From Zygnema circumcarinatum SAG 698-1b (lineage: Eukaryota; Plantae; Zygnematophyceae), in assembly GCA_037447605.1 (NCBI GenBank), contig CM074804.1, positions 3,511,909 through 3,575,908 on the forward strand: DNA of 64,000 bases, given 5' to 3'. This document shows, in pieces, positions 26,305 through 38,169 of the stretch (position 1 is the stretch's first letter; the number at the start of each line of letters is the position of its first letter). The translations under genes and the position numbers were made by a program. The notes below the pieces were generated by a model. It was given only the letters and a program-made list of their open reading frames with translations, searched no databases and was not told the origin of the DNA.

Positions 26305-26509
26305 TTATTGTTTTGCTGTGTTGCTCTTGCTGTTTCTCCCTGTCCTTCGTGTTCCAAATGTGTTTTGAATGATGGAAATTGAGTATGGCAATTATCGGGA
26401 TCAGGCGGCCGGGTAGAGCTCCGGCTTAGAATGTTCACGCTGGAGATGCCGCATTCTGGTGTTCTTTTGTCCTTCGTAACTTTGAGGGGTATTCCGCTGC
26501 TTTGATGGT

Positions 26510-26730
26510 TGAAGCCATCGGTTGATGACCATTGCCAATGGTTTGAACCATTCCTTGGCAAACCCAGCCGATTATTTGCACTTGATAGCAACAATGGCGA
26601 GCCAGCCATAGGCAATGGTAACGGTGGGTGCCCATTGAATCCAAAGGTTCCCAACAACTGGCAATGGCTGGCTGGATTTGACGGTAACGACTGGAATTGG
26701 TTGCTAGTGGTGGGCACCCATTGAATCCCA
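26510..26730. repeat. Dispersed repeat with ACCATTG/CAATGGT subrepeats (degenerate MITE-like); relatives at ~31997-32340, ~34320-34395 and ~39718-39955
   Basis: Shared ACCATTGCC/GGCAATGGT units. The 26510 copy begins where homology to the duplicated DVR 3' flank (30789-30936) stops. Confidence 0.6.
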
Positions 26731-28203
26731 TATTTGCAAATTCGCAAAATGGGCCCTGCGAATTCCTGAATTCGCAAATGCTCGCAATTCTGTAAATAAT
26801 TTGTTGAAATTCGGCTTCCATGAATTCTGGGCCCCCGTATTTTAAGGGTTATTTTAGATTTCGAATCCCAATCATGGAAATCTGGTACGCATGCTTGATG
26901 CACATTTGAGCGACCCGACAGTGGAGTTGTGTGTCCCATCTTTGTCCAGCATCCTGCATTCTCCACTCTCTCCCTATCTTGTGAAAAACACCTCACTTTT
27001 GCCTCGCATCGCATGTGCGTCCAATGCCAGTCGCCTTGTGGGCGAAAGTGAGGCGTCAAGAAAAGCCCACTTGCGCCTCGCATCGGTTGTGCGACCTCGC
27101 TCGAACTGTGAGACTTGAACGTTTTTCCATAAAGCAGAGCCAAAGCATCGTTTGATGGATGTATGCGCTTAAAGAGCGCTTTTATTTATACTTGTCATGC
27201 GGCCGAAGCGGGTATTGCTCCTACGCTTCTCTCATCTGTCCTCTTTCTTCTCTTCTTCCTTGCGGTATATCATCGCCCCTCGACCCAATCTCGCAGTGTG
27301 TATCTTTCTCCTCTTCTCCTCCGGTATGTAGACGAGGAGCCTCGAGACCCACTACAGAATGCCGTTGAGGATGACATCCCTCTACACCTTGGAGGGGACG
27401 CCACCTTTGCGGAAGCACAAGATCTTACTCACAAGACAGAAAACTCACCCAAGCAAGTAATGAATGAACATATCAACGATCGAGAAGATAAGAGAAAGCA
27501 CAATAGCAAAAACTCTTAACTTCAACACCGGAGTACAAGAACACAGTCAGAGCCCCTCTTCTACTCCTTAACGCCACTACAAGAGTGTTTCCCTTATGCT
27601 GTAATGCTTCACCACATTAAGGCAACCTTCTACCTTTGCACCTAGCAGCCTGCACCAGAAATTACAACTCTCTCATTTGCTCAATTTATCAGTGACCTGT
27701 GTGACGTGACCACCGGAAGACTCAACATCACGTCACGTCACGCCACTGTGGCCTTTGCATGTCAACACTTTTCAGCAAAAGTATCTCCGCGAGTGTTCTG
27801 GAGCTCCCCATCCGTACAATCTTGTACATCTTCCGTGCAATCAACCGTCCAATAGCAAGCGCCACATGTCGCGACCAATGGAGCGATGCTGCGATCAATC
27901 AGAATGCGCCACGCGCCACTCCAATATGCAGCCATCTGGACAGACCCTAGACTAGCCTGCCATCAAAACTCCCAAACAAGGCCATGCCCCCATGAACTAT
28001 GAACCACTTACTATTGTGCACTAACACGCTCTGCCTCTGTGCCACCAACTCCGCTGGTCAGGTTAATTCTGGCACATTGTGTCTCAGCAATTCCATTCAT
28101 GGAGCATTCGCGAAGCCGCACGATATTCCCCCCTTCGCGTGTTCCAACTTCCACCCCCCCTCGAGCCGCGGAGCGCTGCCTGCCGCGGCGGGCGGGCCCG
28201 GTC

Positions 28204-29820
28204 CGGACCTTTCCGCCGGCCCGCGCCGTGGCGCGCCCTCCGCCTGCCACGTCGCGGGCCGGCGCCGCGCGCGAATCTCCGCCACGCCCCTCCGCCCGCC
28301 CCCGCGCGCCCACGCAGCGGCCCTCCCCGCGCGCGCTCGCACGTGCGGCCTCCGCCGACCCGGCCCCTCCCCGCTCCGCCGCGGCCGCCTATAAAGCCGC
28401 GCCCCCGCTCGGAGAATCGGTATCCCGCGCAGCAGCTTCCTCAGGCCTCCCGCTCTCCTCTGAATTCGAACTTCAGGCGACGTTACATTCTACAGGTGTA
28501 GACTTCACCTCTCCGGGAAAGCTCATCTTCTGCAATGGCAACCATGGCTGCAATGGTGAACTGCTCTGCCAAGGGCCTGGCTGCCCTGGCGCCAAGCACT
28601 GCTCTGAAGACCGCCGTGACCGCCCGTGGGATCGCCATGGCTCCTCTGAAGCTGGGCAGGGGCAGGACGGCCGGAGTCCGCTGCGAGTCAAAGGTGAGAA
28701 TTCATTCTTTAATGTTGTCCGCCGAGCAGAGTCTTCGTGTGTTGCTGATGTTATCTCGTTTAGTTGTAGAATTGCGATGCAACATTGCGGACGCATTGGT
28801 TGCGATTTGCTTGTGGTTCCGCAAATTGTTGGCTATTCCTATGGTTTATGCCGGAATGCTAATTAGCTCCTCTCATTTGTCTGCCACAGCCTGAGGGGAC
28901 TCCCAGCAGCCCTCTGGCCACCCCCGCTACCCCTACTCCAGTGGTCAGCACTCCCACTCCTTCTGTGAAGAAGGTGAGTTAAATTTTTGCATTGCTAATT
29001 CTATCTGTCCTTATTCCGAAGTTGCTATTAGAGGGCCTCTCTCAGTCGTACGCACATTTCAGTACTCTGATATTCTATCATCACTTCAAACTTGGCAGAC
29101 CACAGTGATGGACGTGTTCTCCTTCGGCGGCTCCGGCCCGGAGACCATCAATGGCCGGCTTGCCATGCTTGGCTTTGTCGCTGCTCTGGCCGTGGAATTC
29201 GCGACGGGTGCGCCCCTCAGCCGGCAGCTCGCAGACAACGGCTCCCTCAGCTGGTTCGTCTTCACCGTCTCTCTCTTCTCCGCCGCCTCCCTCGTCCCCC
29301 TCTTCCAGGGCATCACTCCTGTCAGCAAGTCCGGCGGCTTCTTCACCTCCAAGGCGGAGATGTGGAACGGAAGGGCGGCCATGCTCGGCCTTGTCGCGCT
29401 GGCCATTACAGAATATGTGCAGGGATCGCCGCTCGTGTAGAGGGAAAATTGTCTTTTACTATTGATGTCATGCACGACAATAAGCTCAGGGCGCAGACGA
29501 GAGCGTCGGAGGGGGACTAGGGCTGGTGTTAGGCCCAGCTTAGCTTCGGGTAGTTTCGTGGGTCGGCCAGGCAGAGGGTGGCGTGTAATATAATTTTTGT
29601 ACAGGGAAAGGTCAACTGATGAATTGAAAGTTGTTTGAGATTTCGCTGAAAGAAGTTTGTCTTTTTTTGTCCTCTGATATGGGAAGTCGGGATTGGCTTG
29701 TCTACTGACTAGATTCCCTCTCCAGTTGAGGTTTTGATATTCGCATTGCATACAATCTGTTCCGAGCCTGCAGATGCCGATACGAAACGATAAAGTGTGA
29801 TTCTTTGGGTAACTTTAAAG
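28204..29820. repeat. Left arm of a ~1.6 kb near-perfect inverted repeat (right arm ~32568-34171) covering ELIP promoter, gene and 3' flank
   Basis: The right arm reads as the reverse complement of the left with only scattered substitutions. Confidence 0.92.
28535..29440 (+). CDS. ELIP: Early light-induced protein, copy 1 (3 exons)
   Basis: Exons 28535-28693, 28890-28973 and 29099-29440. Transit peptide plus FSFGGSGPETINGRLAMLGFVAALAVE ... AEMWNGRAAMLGLVALAITEYVQGSPLV (two LHC motifs). TATAAA at ~28390. Confidence 0.96.
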
Positions 29821-30074
29821 TTCGCCTCTTGACAAATTGGATACGCTTGTTTATCGTTGTGAAACGTTTCAGTAGAACCCAGAGTCGTAGCGTAATGTTG
29901 GTGAAGCTTTTAGTTGACAACGCAACAAAATCAACGTTGAATTTTTTTTCGTTGACGAAAGAAAACGAAACTGCAAATGTGAACAAAATCTGGATTCCTT
30001 GTTAAATTTTGAGAAATGAGATTTTGTTTAGTATGAATTTTATACAAAATCAATTGAGCGTTGCACATGCGTAC

Positions 30075-30787
30075 GCTATATTTGGAAGCCATTTCAAAGC
30101 CCACACCGAGCGTCCTGACGACGAATTGACCCAAAAGGCAGTAGAGCTGAGATGGAGTACTCTGCAGCAAGCAACACTGAGCAGTGTCGAAAAATTGACA
30201 CTGCTCGCAAGTTGTTGTACATATTACTGCTAAAATCGGACAGATTAAGAAATACATCCATGCACAACACGATTCTGGATTTGTCAAAGTATATCGTTTC
30301 TGTTCCACCCTCAGTGACGTGATACGGGCACTAAAACACTGTTGAGTAAATTTTGTATAAAATTGTGTTTTCAAAGCGCGATGCTCTCATTGCTCTAACT
30401 TCCATGGCAACAGACTATGTTCATCAGCGAGGCATCCATATATGATTTAGACCTTTCCGTAACAAAAAATGCAAGTGATGATTTGAATCCCTGACAACCA
30501 TGAGGCAAAGCTGCCATGAATCCTGATTGGTAGCGGTCATATCCCTTTAATAACCTCCTCCCCTCTTCCCCCCTTTATCCTTCTGGAAACCTCAGGATCC
30601 CCTCCCGCAACCCCACTGGTCCCCCGCCTACTTCATCCAAGCAATCGTTCCATTACCATATTCACAATACCCCCACCACTCCACTACCCACGGTATCGTT
30701 ACATGAGTTCTGTTTATGCGGCCCAACGAAACAGTGGAATTTAAGGCACAAATGACGATGCGCTCCCATCACAGTTACACTTCAACG
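30075..30787. repeat. Diverged direct copy of the DAHPS 3' flank (40120-40846)
   Basis: Long colinear matches, e.g. CACGATTCTGGATTTGTCAAAGT, CTACTTCATCCAAGCAATCGTTCCATT and GCGGCCCAACGAAACAG, ending at CACTTCAACG. Confidence 0.9.
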
Positions 30788-30788
30788 G

Positions 30789-30936
30789 GTTTTGAATGAT
30801 GGAAATTGAGTATGGCAATTATCGGGATCAGGCGGCCGGGTAGAGCTCCGGCTTAGAATGTTCACGCTGGAGATGCCGCATTCTAGTGTTCGTTTGTCCT
30901 TTGTAACTTTGAGGGGTATTCCGCTGCTTTGGTGGT
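30789..30936 (+). repeat. Near-identical copy of the DVR 3' flank (26362-26509)
   Basis: GTTTTGAATGATGGAAATTGAGTATGGC...GGTATTCCGCTGCTTTG is present at both loci with few substitutions. Confidence 0.95.
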
Positions 30937-31580
30937 CTTGTGTGTTAGTGTATATAGTTAGTTTAGATTTGCATGTTTGTGTTGACACTTTGTTCGTGTG
31001 GTTGTGCTTCTAGGCGAGAGATGTATGGGGGCAGACTTTTCATCGTATGCGCACGAAGGCAAGACCGATCGAACAGCCGATGTGGATATTGCGGCGGCAA
31101 AGGAAAGAAGAAGTCGGCGAGCCTATCTTGAGTAGGGGAGTGTGTGTGACGTGGTATGATGACGTCACAGCCCCATCCTATATAGTGAGGAGGGTGTGTA
31201 AGATAGTAACCTTCTTGATATGTGTCGCAAGGCGAAGGCAGTTTGAGGCATGGCTTTGGCAAGAGGAGGTGGACATTCGTGTTGCGTCTCTGTGTGTGGA
31301 GAGCTGACTAACATGAAGGTGGAGTGATCTTGTGTTGAAAGCTTGGCTTTGGCTTATGGGGGCTTGAGCTGGAAAACTTGTTATTATAAAGGAGTTTTAG
31401 GCTGGGAGCCTTCTTCCTTCGTTTTTCTATTCCGCCTCTTGTGTGTTGTGTATGCACTTGAGTGAAAAATAAGTATGAGTGATGTGGGCACTAGGAGAGA
31501 AGTTTCCATGGACAGCAAAAGGGGGGAAAGGGTTGGTGGAGATGAATTTGCCTCTAATCCTTCTGTCCTTCTCACAGAGT

Positions 31581-32395
31581 TCACGTTGCTGAGGGTGGAA
31601 CAGGAACGGTGTACTTCGACAAATCCTAATTTGTGTTGTGCATGGATGTATTTCTGATCTGACCCCGACTTTATTTGTACTATGTACAACAATTTACGAG
31701 CAGTGTCGATTCATAGACCCTGTCGAGTGTTGTTTGCTGCGGAAAATGACGATTATCAGCTCCACTGGCCTTAATGGCAATGCCTCGGTAGAACTCTCGG
31801 TGTGGGAAATGGCTTTCAAATATAGCGTGCTGTCAGATCCCGGCAAAGCTTCTGATAACGGTTGTTTCTCAATGGACTCCATTGGCCTGCCTCGATCTGC
31901 AGCCTTGCTGCAGGAAGGTAGTGAAGTTTGAGCTGATTACAAATGATGATTCTGAATTAAATGTTAAGCACGCTGGCTTCCTCTATCACACTGTTTCACG
32001 GGTCGGAGCATTGGACCGGTAAACATCGGACAACCATTCGAATGGTTGGCAACCATTGGCAATGTAATTTCCGTCCACCGCCAAATGGCTGGCAGCGTGG
32101 CAATGGTTGGCTCGATCCAGCGGCAATGGTTGGATCCCTTGGCAATGGTTGTTCCGGGTCACCAGCAATTGCTTGAATTATGGGCAATCGTTGTTTTGGG
32201 CAGCCGGGAATGCTTGGCAAGTATTGGATTTAATGGTTCCGACCGTTGGAATCGCCTGGCTGGGACGCGAATAGTGTTCGCCACCATTCGAATGGTCCGA
32301 TGATCCGACCTGTGCAATGTTTCAACCATTGCAAACAATTGGCATCTCCCTTAAAATTCAAACAAACAAGCTGGGAATTGATCGATGTTTCACTA
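31581..32395. repeat. Diverged inverted copy of 39658-40353
   Basis: Reverse-complement matches, e.g. CTGAGGGTGGAACAG, ATGGCTTTCAAATATAGC, TTTCTCAATGGACTCC and CTGGCTTCCTCTATCA. Confidence 0.85.
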
Positions 32396-32941
32396 CTTTT
32401 TTTACTGAGCAATTTTACTAGTTTAACCTCGATAGGTTCAATATTGAAGTCGATAATATCCTCTTGAGATTGCCGCGTTTAGTTTCCGCTGTGCGCGTGA
32501 CTGAGACGTTTCACAACGGGGATACATGAATTAGCGTCTCCGATTTGTCAGGAAAGCTAAACTTTAAGGTTACCCAAAGAATCACACTTTATCGTTTCGT
32601 ATCGGCATCTGCAGGCTCGGAACAGATTGTATGCAATGCGAATATCAAAACCTCAACTGGAGAGGGAATCTAGTCAGTAGACAAGCCAATCCCGACTTCC
32701 CATATCAGAGGACAAAAAAAGACAAACTTCTTTCAGCGAAATCTCAAACAACTTTCAATTCATCAGTTGACCTTTCCCTGTACAAAAATTATATTACACG
32801 CCACCCTCTGCCTGGCCGACCCACGAAACTACCCGAAGCTAAGCTGGGCCTAACACCAGCCCTAGTCCCCCTCCGACGCTCTCGTCTGCGCCCTGAGCTT
32901 ATTGTCGTGCATGACATCAATAGTAAAAGACAATTTTCCCT

Positions 32942-33847
32942 CTACACGAGCGGCGATCCCTGCACATATTCTGTAATGGCCAGCGCGACAAGGCCGAGCA
33001 TGGCCGCCCTTCCGTTCCACATCTCCGCCTTGGAGGTGAAGAAGCCGCCGGACTTGCTGACAGGAGTGATGCCCTGGGAGAGGGGGACGAGGGAGGCGGC
33101 GGAGAAGAGAGAGACGGTGAAGACGAACCAGCTGAGGGAGCCGTTGTCTGCGAGCTGCCGGCTGAGGGGCGCACCCGTCGCGAATTCCACGGCCAGAGCA
33201 GCGACAAAGCCAAGCATGGCAAGCCGGCCATTGATGGTCTCCGGGCCGGAGCCGCCGAAGGAGAACACGTCCATCACTGTGGTCTGCCAAGTTTGAAGTG
33301 ATGATAGAATATCAGAGTACTGAAATGTGCGTACGACTGAGAGAGGCCCTCTAATAGCAACTTCGGAATAAGGACAGATAGAATTAGCAATGCAAAAATT
33401 TAACTCACCTTCTTCACAGAAGGAGTGGGAGTGCTGACCACTGGAGTAGGGGTAGCGGGGGTGGCCAGAGGGCTGCTGGGAGTCCCCTCAGGCTGTGGCA
33501 GACAAATGAGAGGAGCTAATTAGCATTCCGGCATAAACCATAGGAATAGCCAACAATTTGCGGAACCACAAGCAAATCGCAACCAATGCGTCCGCAATGT
33601 TGCATCGCAATTCTACAACTAAACGAGATAACATCAGCAACACACGAAGACTCTGCTCGGCGGACAACATTAAAGAATGAATTCTCACCTTTGACTCGCA
33701 GCGGACTCCGGCCGTCCTGCCCCTGCCCAGCTTCAGAGGAGCCATGGCGATCCCACGGGCGGTCACGGCGGTCTTCAGAGCAGTGCTTGGCGCCAGGGCA
33801 GCCAGGCCCTTGGCAGAGCAGTTCACCATTGCAGCCATGGTTGCCAT
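32942..33847 (-). CDS. ELIP: Early light-induced protein, copy 2 (3 exons)
   Basis: Reverse-complement copy of ELIP copy 1 with the same exon structure; LVPLSQ instead of LVPLFQ. Confidence 0.95.
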
Positions 33848-34566
33848 TGCAGAAGATGAGCTTTCCCGGAGAGGTGAAGTCTACACCTGTAGAATGTAAC
33901 GTCGCCTGAAGTTCGAATTCAGAGGAGAGCGGGAGGCCTGAGGAAGCTGCTGCGCGAGATACCGATTCTCCGAGCGGGGGCGCGGCTTTATAGGCGGCCG
34001 CGGCGGAGCGGGGAGGGGCCGGGTCGGCGGAGGCCGCACGTGCGAGCGCGCGCGGGGAGGGCCGCTGCGTGGGCGCGCGGGGGCGGGCGGAGGGGCGTGG
34101 CGGAGATTCGCGCGCGGCGCCGGCCCGCGACGTGGCAGGCGGAGGGCGCGCCACGGCGCGGGCCGGCGGAAAGGTCCGGTCCGGGCGGAAAGGTCCGGGT
34201 TCATTCGTCACCCTTCAATCGCTTATTCGCAGAACTCACTTTATTGGTCGTGAACTTCCCTCAACAACATCAAACTATGAGTGGGACAAAAAGCTGGAAA
34301 AGCCCTTGCTCCTCCTCCAGCCAACCATTGCAAGTAACTGCAACCATTGGACCATTGATTCCCGCACCACCCAATCATTGCCAATGGTTGCTCCCAGCGG
34401 TGTTGGGCGGCGGGCACACCGTATAATACGGTATTATACGCTGTATCGAAAAAGGGGGGGAATTTTATTGAACTCACGATGGCGGGGCCATCAAATGTAC
34501 ATGAACAAAAGCATAATGTGGAACCACGAGAGACTGGTCGCAAAGGACCTAAGCACAATAAAAAGA

Positions 34567-35602
34567 GGAGAACTATATACCGCCCCCCTTTTTTGGTTAT
34601 CCCGCCACTATTTTTTTGAAATCCGACCCTCCCATTTCGGCTATTCTGCCCCCTGTTTTGAAATACCCCGCCCCCCCATTTTGGATATTCCCCCCCCCCC
34701 CGTTTTCTCCTTCTCACACATCAGCGCAACGTTCGAGAGAGAGAGCAAGGAGAGAGAGAGAGTGAGCAGAGGAGTGAGAGCAAAGGAGAGAGAGACTAGA
34801 GTAGAGAGCACAGGAAAGAGCAGAGGAGAGAGAGAGAGAGAAAGAGAGAGTGAGAGAGCAGAGTGAGAGCAGAGGAGAGAGACTACAGGAGAGAGCAAAG
34901 GAGAGAGAAGAGAGAGAGAGAGCAAAGGAGCGAGAGCCGAGAAGAGAGAGTACAGAGGAGAGAAAAAGAGCAGAGAAGTGAGAGTAGAGGAGAGAGAGAC
35001 TAGAGGAGAGAGCAAAGGAGAGAGAGAGAGAATGAGCAGAGGAGAGAGAGTAGAGAAGAGAACGACTAGAGGAGAGGGAGCAGAGGAGAGATATTCCTCT
35101 TCTTACTACTCTCTTCTAGACCTCTGTCCTCGTAGGTCCCCCCGCTAAAGCATTGCAGGTAGAGTCAGCGGCTATCGCTATGCTTGCCGATCTTGATGTG
35201 AGATTCTTCCTTCTTGTAGTGCTTGGTCAAGACTTGTACAAGCTCATCGCGAGTCTTATACTCAGTCATTTGTGTTGAGATTGCAAACCGAGAGGAAGAA
35301 GGGAAGGGAGGGGTGGGCAGGGCAGGGGAGGGNNNNNNNNNNAGGGAAGGGGAGGGGAGGGGAGAGGAGGGGAGGGGAGGGCAAGGAAGGGGAGGGAAGG
35401 GGATGGGAAGGGGAGGGGGAGGGTAGGGGAGGGCACGGAAGGGGAGGGGAGGGGCGGGAAAGAAATATTCAAAACAGGGGGGCGATCTCCTCCCGAAACA
35501 TCCAAAATGGGGAAGGGGGGCAGAATAGCCGAAATGGGAGGGTCGGATTTCAAAAAAACAGTGGCGGGATAACCAAAAAAGGGGGGCGGTATATAGTTCT
35601 CC
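34567..35602. mobile_element. Non-autonomous TIR element (~1.04 kb) with long TIRs, 8-bp TSD and a GA/GGAAG microsatellite core; superfamily uncertain (MULE- or hAT-like)
   Basis: TIR GGAGAACTATATACCGCCCCCC...GGTTATCCCGCCAC...GAAATCCGACCCTCCCATTTCGGCTATTCTGCCCC (about 100 bp) is inverted at the right end. TAAAAAGA is repeated at 34559-34566 and 35603-35610. Contains a 10-N gap. Confidence 0.85.
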
Positions 35603-36075
35603 TAAAAAGAAGCAAAGAGCGGAAAACTACGCCACGCAACAACGCAGCCCTAGAAGCATCCGCGAAGGTCACCGACGTGAGGCACATCGCAAGTGGTACT
35701 GTACTGTATCGAACCTCGAGGTGTTTAGTACGGACCTATAGCTCCGGACCTTTCCGCCGGCCCGCGCCGTGGCGCGCCCTCCGCCTGCCACGTCGCGGGC
35801 CGGCGCCGCGCGCGAATCTCCGCCACGCCCCTCCGCCCGCCCCCGCGCGCCCACGCAGCGGCCCTCCCCGCGCGCGCTCGCACGTGCGGCCTCCGCCGAC
35901 CCGGCCCCTCCCCGCTCCGCCGCGGCCGCCTATAAAGCCGCGCCCCCGCTCGGAGAATCGGTATTCCGCGCAGCAGCTTCCTCAGGCCTCCCGCTCTCCT
36001 CTGAATTCGAACTTCAGGCGACGTTACATTCTACAGGTGTAGACTTCACCTCTCCGGGAAAGCTCATCTTCTGCA

Positions 36076-37000
36076 ATGGCAACCATGGCTGCAATGGTGA
36101 ACTGCTCTGCCAAGGGCCTGGCTGCCCTGGCGCCAAGCACTGCTCTGAAGACCGCCGTGACCGCCCGTGGGATCGCCATGGCTCCTCTGAAGCTGGGCAG
36201 GAGCAGGACGGCCGGAGTCCGCTGCGAGTCAAAGGTGAGAATTCATTCTTTAATGTTTTCCGCCGAGCAGAGTCTTCGTGTGTTGCTGATGTTATCTCCT
36301 GTATAGTTGTAGAATTGGATTGCGGACGCATTGGTTGCGATTTGCTTGTGGTTCCGCAAATTGTTGGCTATTCCTATGGTTTATGCCGGAATGCTAATTA
36401 GCTCCTCTCATTTGTCTGCCACAGCCTGAGGGGACTCCCAGCAGCCCTCTGGCCACCCCCGCTACCCCTACTCCAGTGGTCAGCACTCCCACTCCTTCTG
36501 TGAAGAAGGTGAGTTAAGTTTTTGCATTGCTAATTCTATCTGTCCTTATGTTGACCTTTGTTTCGGAGAATTATTCCGAAGTTGCTATTAGAGGGCCTCT
36601 CTCAGTCGTACGCACATTTCAGTACTCTGATCTTCGATCATCATATCGAACTTGGCAGACCACAGTGATGGACGTGTTCTCCTTCGGCGGCTCCGGCCCG
36701 GAGACCATCAATGGCCGGCTTGCCATGCTTGGCTTTGTCGCTGCTCTGGCCGTGGAATTCGCGACGGGTGCGCCCCTCAGCCGGCAGCTCGCAGACAACG
36801 GCTCCCTCAGCTGGTTCGTCTTCACCGTCTCTCTCTTCTCCGCCGCCTCCCTCGTCCCCCTCTCCCAGGGCATCACTCCTGTCAGCAAGTCCGGCGGCTT
36901 CTTCACCTCCAAGGCGGAGATGTGGAACGGAAGGGCGGCCATGCTCGGCCTTGTCGCGCTGGCCATTACAGAATATGTGCAGGGATCGCCGCTCGTGTAG
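36076..37000 (+). CDS. ELIP: Early light-induced protein, copy 3 (3 exons)
   Basis: Same exon structure as copies 1 and 2, with more diverged introns; G57S-type change in the transit peptide (GRSRT vs GRGRT). Confidence 0.95.
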
Positions 37001-38169
37001 AGGGAAAATTGTCTTTTACTATTGATGTCATGCACGACAATAAGCTCAGGGCGCAGACGAGAGCGTTGGAGGGGGACTAGGGCTGGTGTCAGGCCCAGCT
37101 TAGCTTCGGGTAGTTTCGAGGGTCGGCCAGGCAGAGGGTGGCGTGTAATATAATTTTTGTACAGAGAAAGGTCAACTGATGAATTGAAAGTTGTTTGAGA
37201 TTCCGCTGAAATAATTTTGTCTTTTTTTGTCTTCTGATATGGGATGTTTAGCGTGTGGACTGAATAGATGTCCTTTTCATTTGAGGTTTTGATATCCGCA
37301 TTGCACACAATCTGTATCGCGGTCGCAGTTGCCGAGACGAAAACGATAAAGAGTGTGATCCTTTGAGTAACCTGAAAGTTTGGTCTTCGTAACCTGATAG
37401 ATTGATTATCTTCATTAGTTGGACACGCGGAACATTTCATATTCCCCCTTCTTGAAACTTTTCAGTAAAACTCTGAGTCGCAGGGCAATGTTGATGAAGC
37501 TGATAGATTACAACGCAGCACAAGCGAATTTGGTTGCAGATTGTAGAATTGAACAGAAAAAAGGTGGAAACGCTTGCATTAATGTGAAAAAAGATAATTG
37601 CAGAAGGAAATCAGTGGAAATATAACAAATATGAGACTTTTACGTTGTTGACTATTTACTCCACATGGACAAGAAACCCCCCTCCCTGTCTCACACACCT
37701 TAGAAAGGTTTCGCCAGCTTTGCCGACCGGCAATTGACCACATGGCTTTCATGCGGCCGCTGTACGCATATGCTCATATTAAGAAGAACAATGCTGATCA
37801 AAAACCACATCAGCAACTACTGACATTATGATAGCGATTTTATCACAATTAAATACAGACTAAAATAAAAATTTGCCGGAAAAAATGTTACCTTGAAGCG
37901 GGAGAAGCTCCTTACTGTTCATGTTGGTTCACGTCTGAGGGCGAGAGCGGTGAGCAGATGACATTGCGCATGGCCGTATGCATGCAGCCGCATACCACAC
38001 GCGTGTCCGTCAGGTTGCGGTGTGGTTGCTCCGCCCACCACGTGCTTCGCCGTACGGCCACAGCGTACGGGACGACGTATGACGTATGATGATGACGTAT
38101 TGGATGACGACCATACGACGAGTCGTACGGTCGTCTTTTACGGTCTGTACGGTGTCGAACACCCATACG

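Noticed and set aside
26301-27143. 280-aa minus-strand ORF
   Set aside because: It runs through the DVR 3' flank and repeat-derived sequence, with no recognisable domain.
27360-27620. Possible solo LTR remnant (also ~31300-31480)
   Set aside because: The composition is suggestive, but no TG...CA ends, TSD, PBS or PPT could be identified.
29086-29751. 221-aa antisense ORF over ELIP (also 32631-33296 and 36619-37440)
   Set aside because: It is the shadow frame of GC-rich ELIP exon 3, repeated only because the gene is duplicated.
34641-35015. Leu/Ser-rich ORF; similar ORFs at 59560-60072
   Set aside because: These are translations of GA/CT microsatellite.
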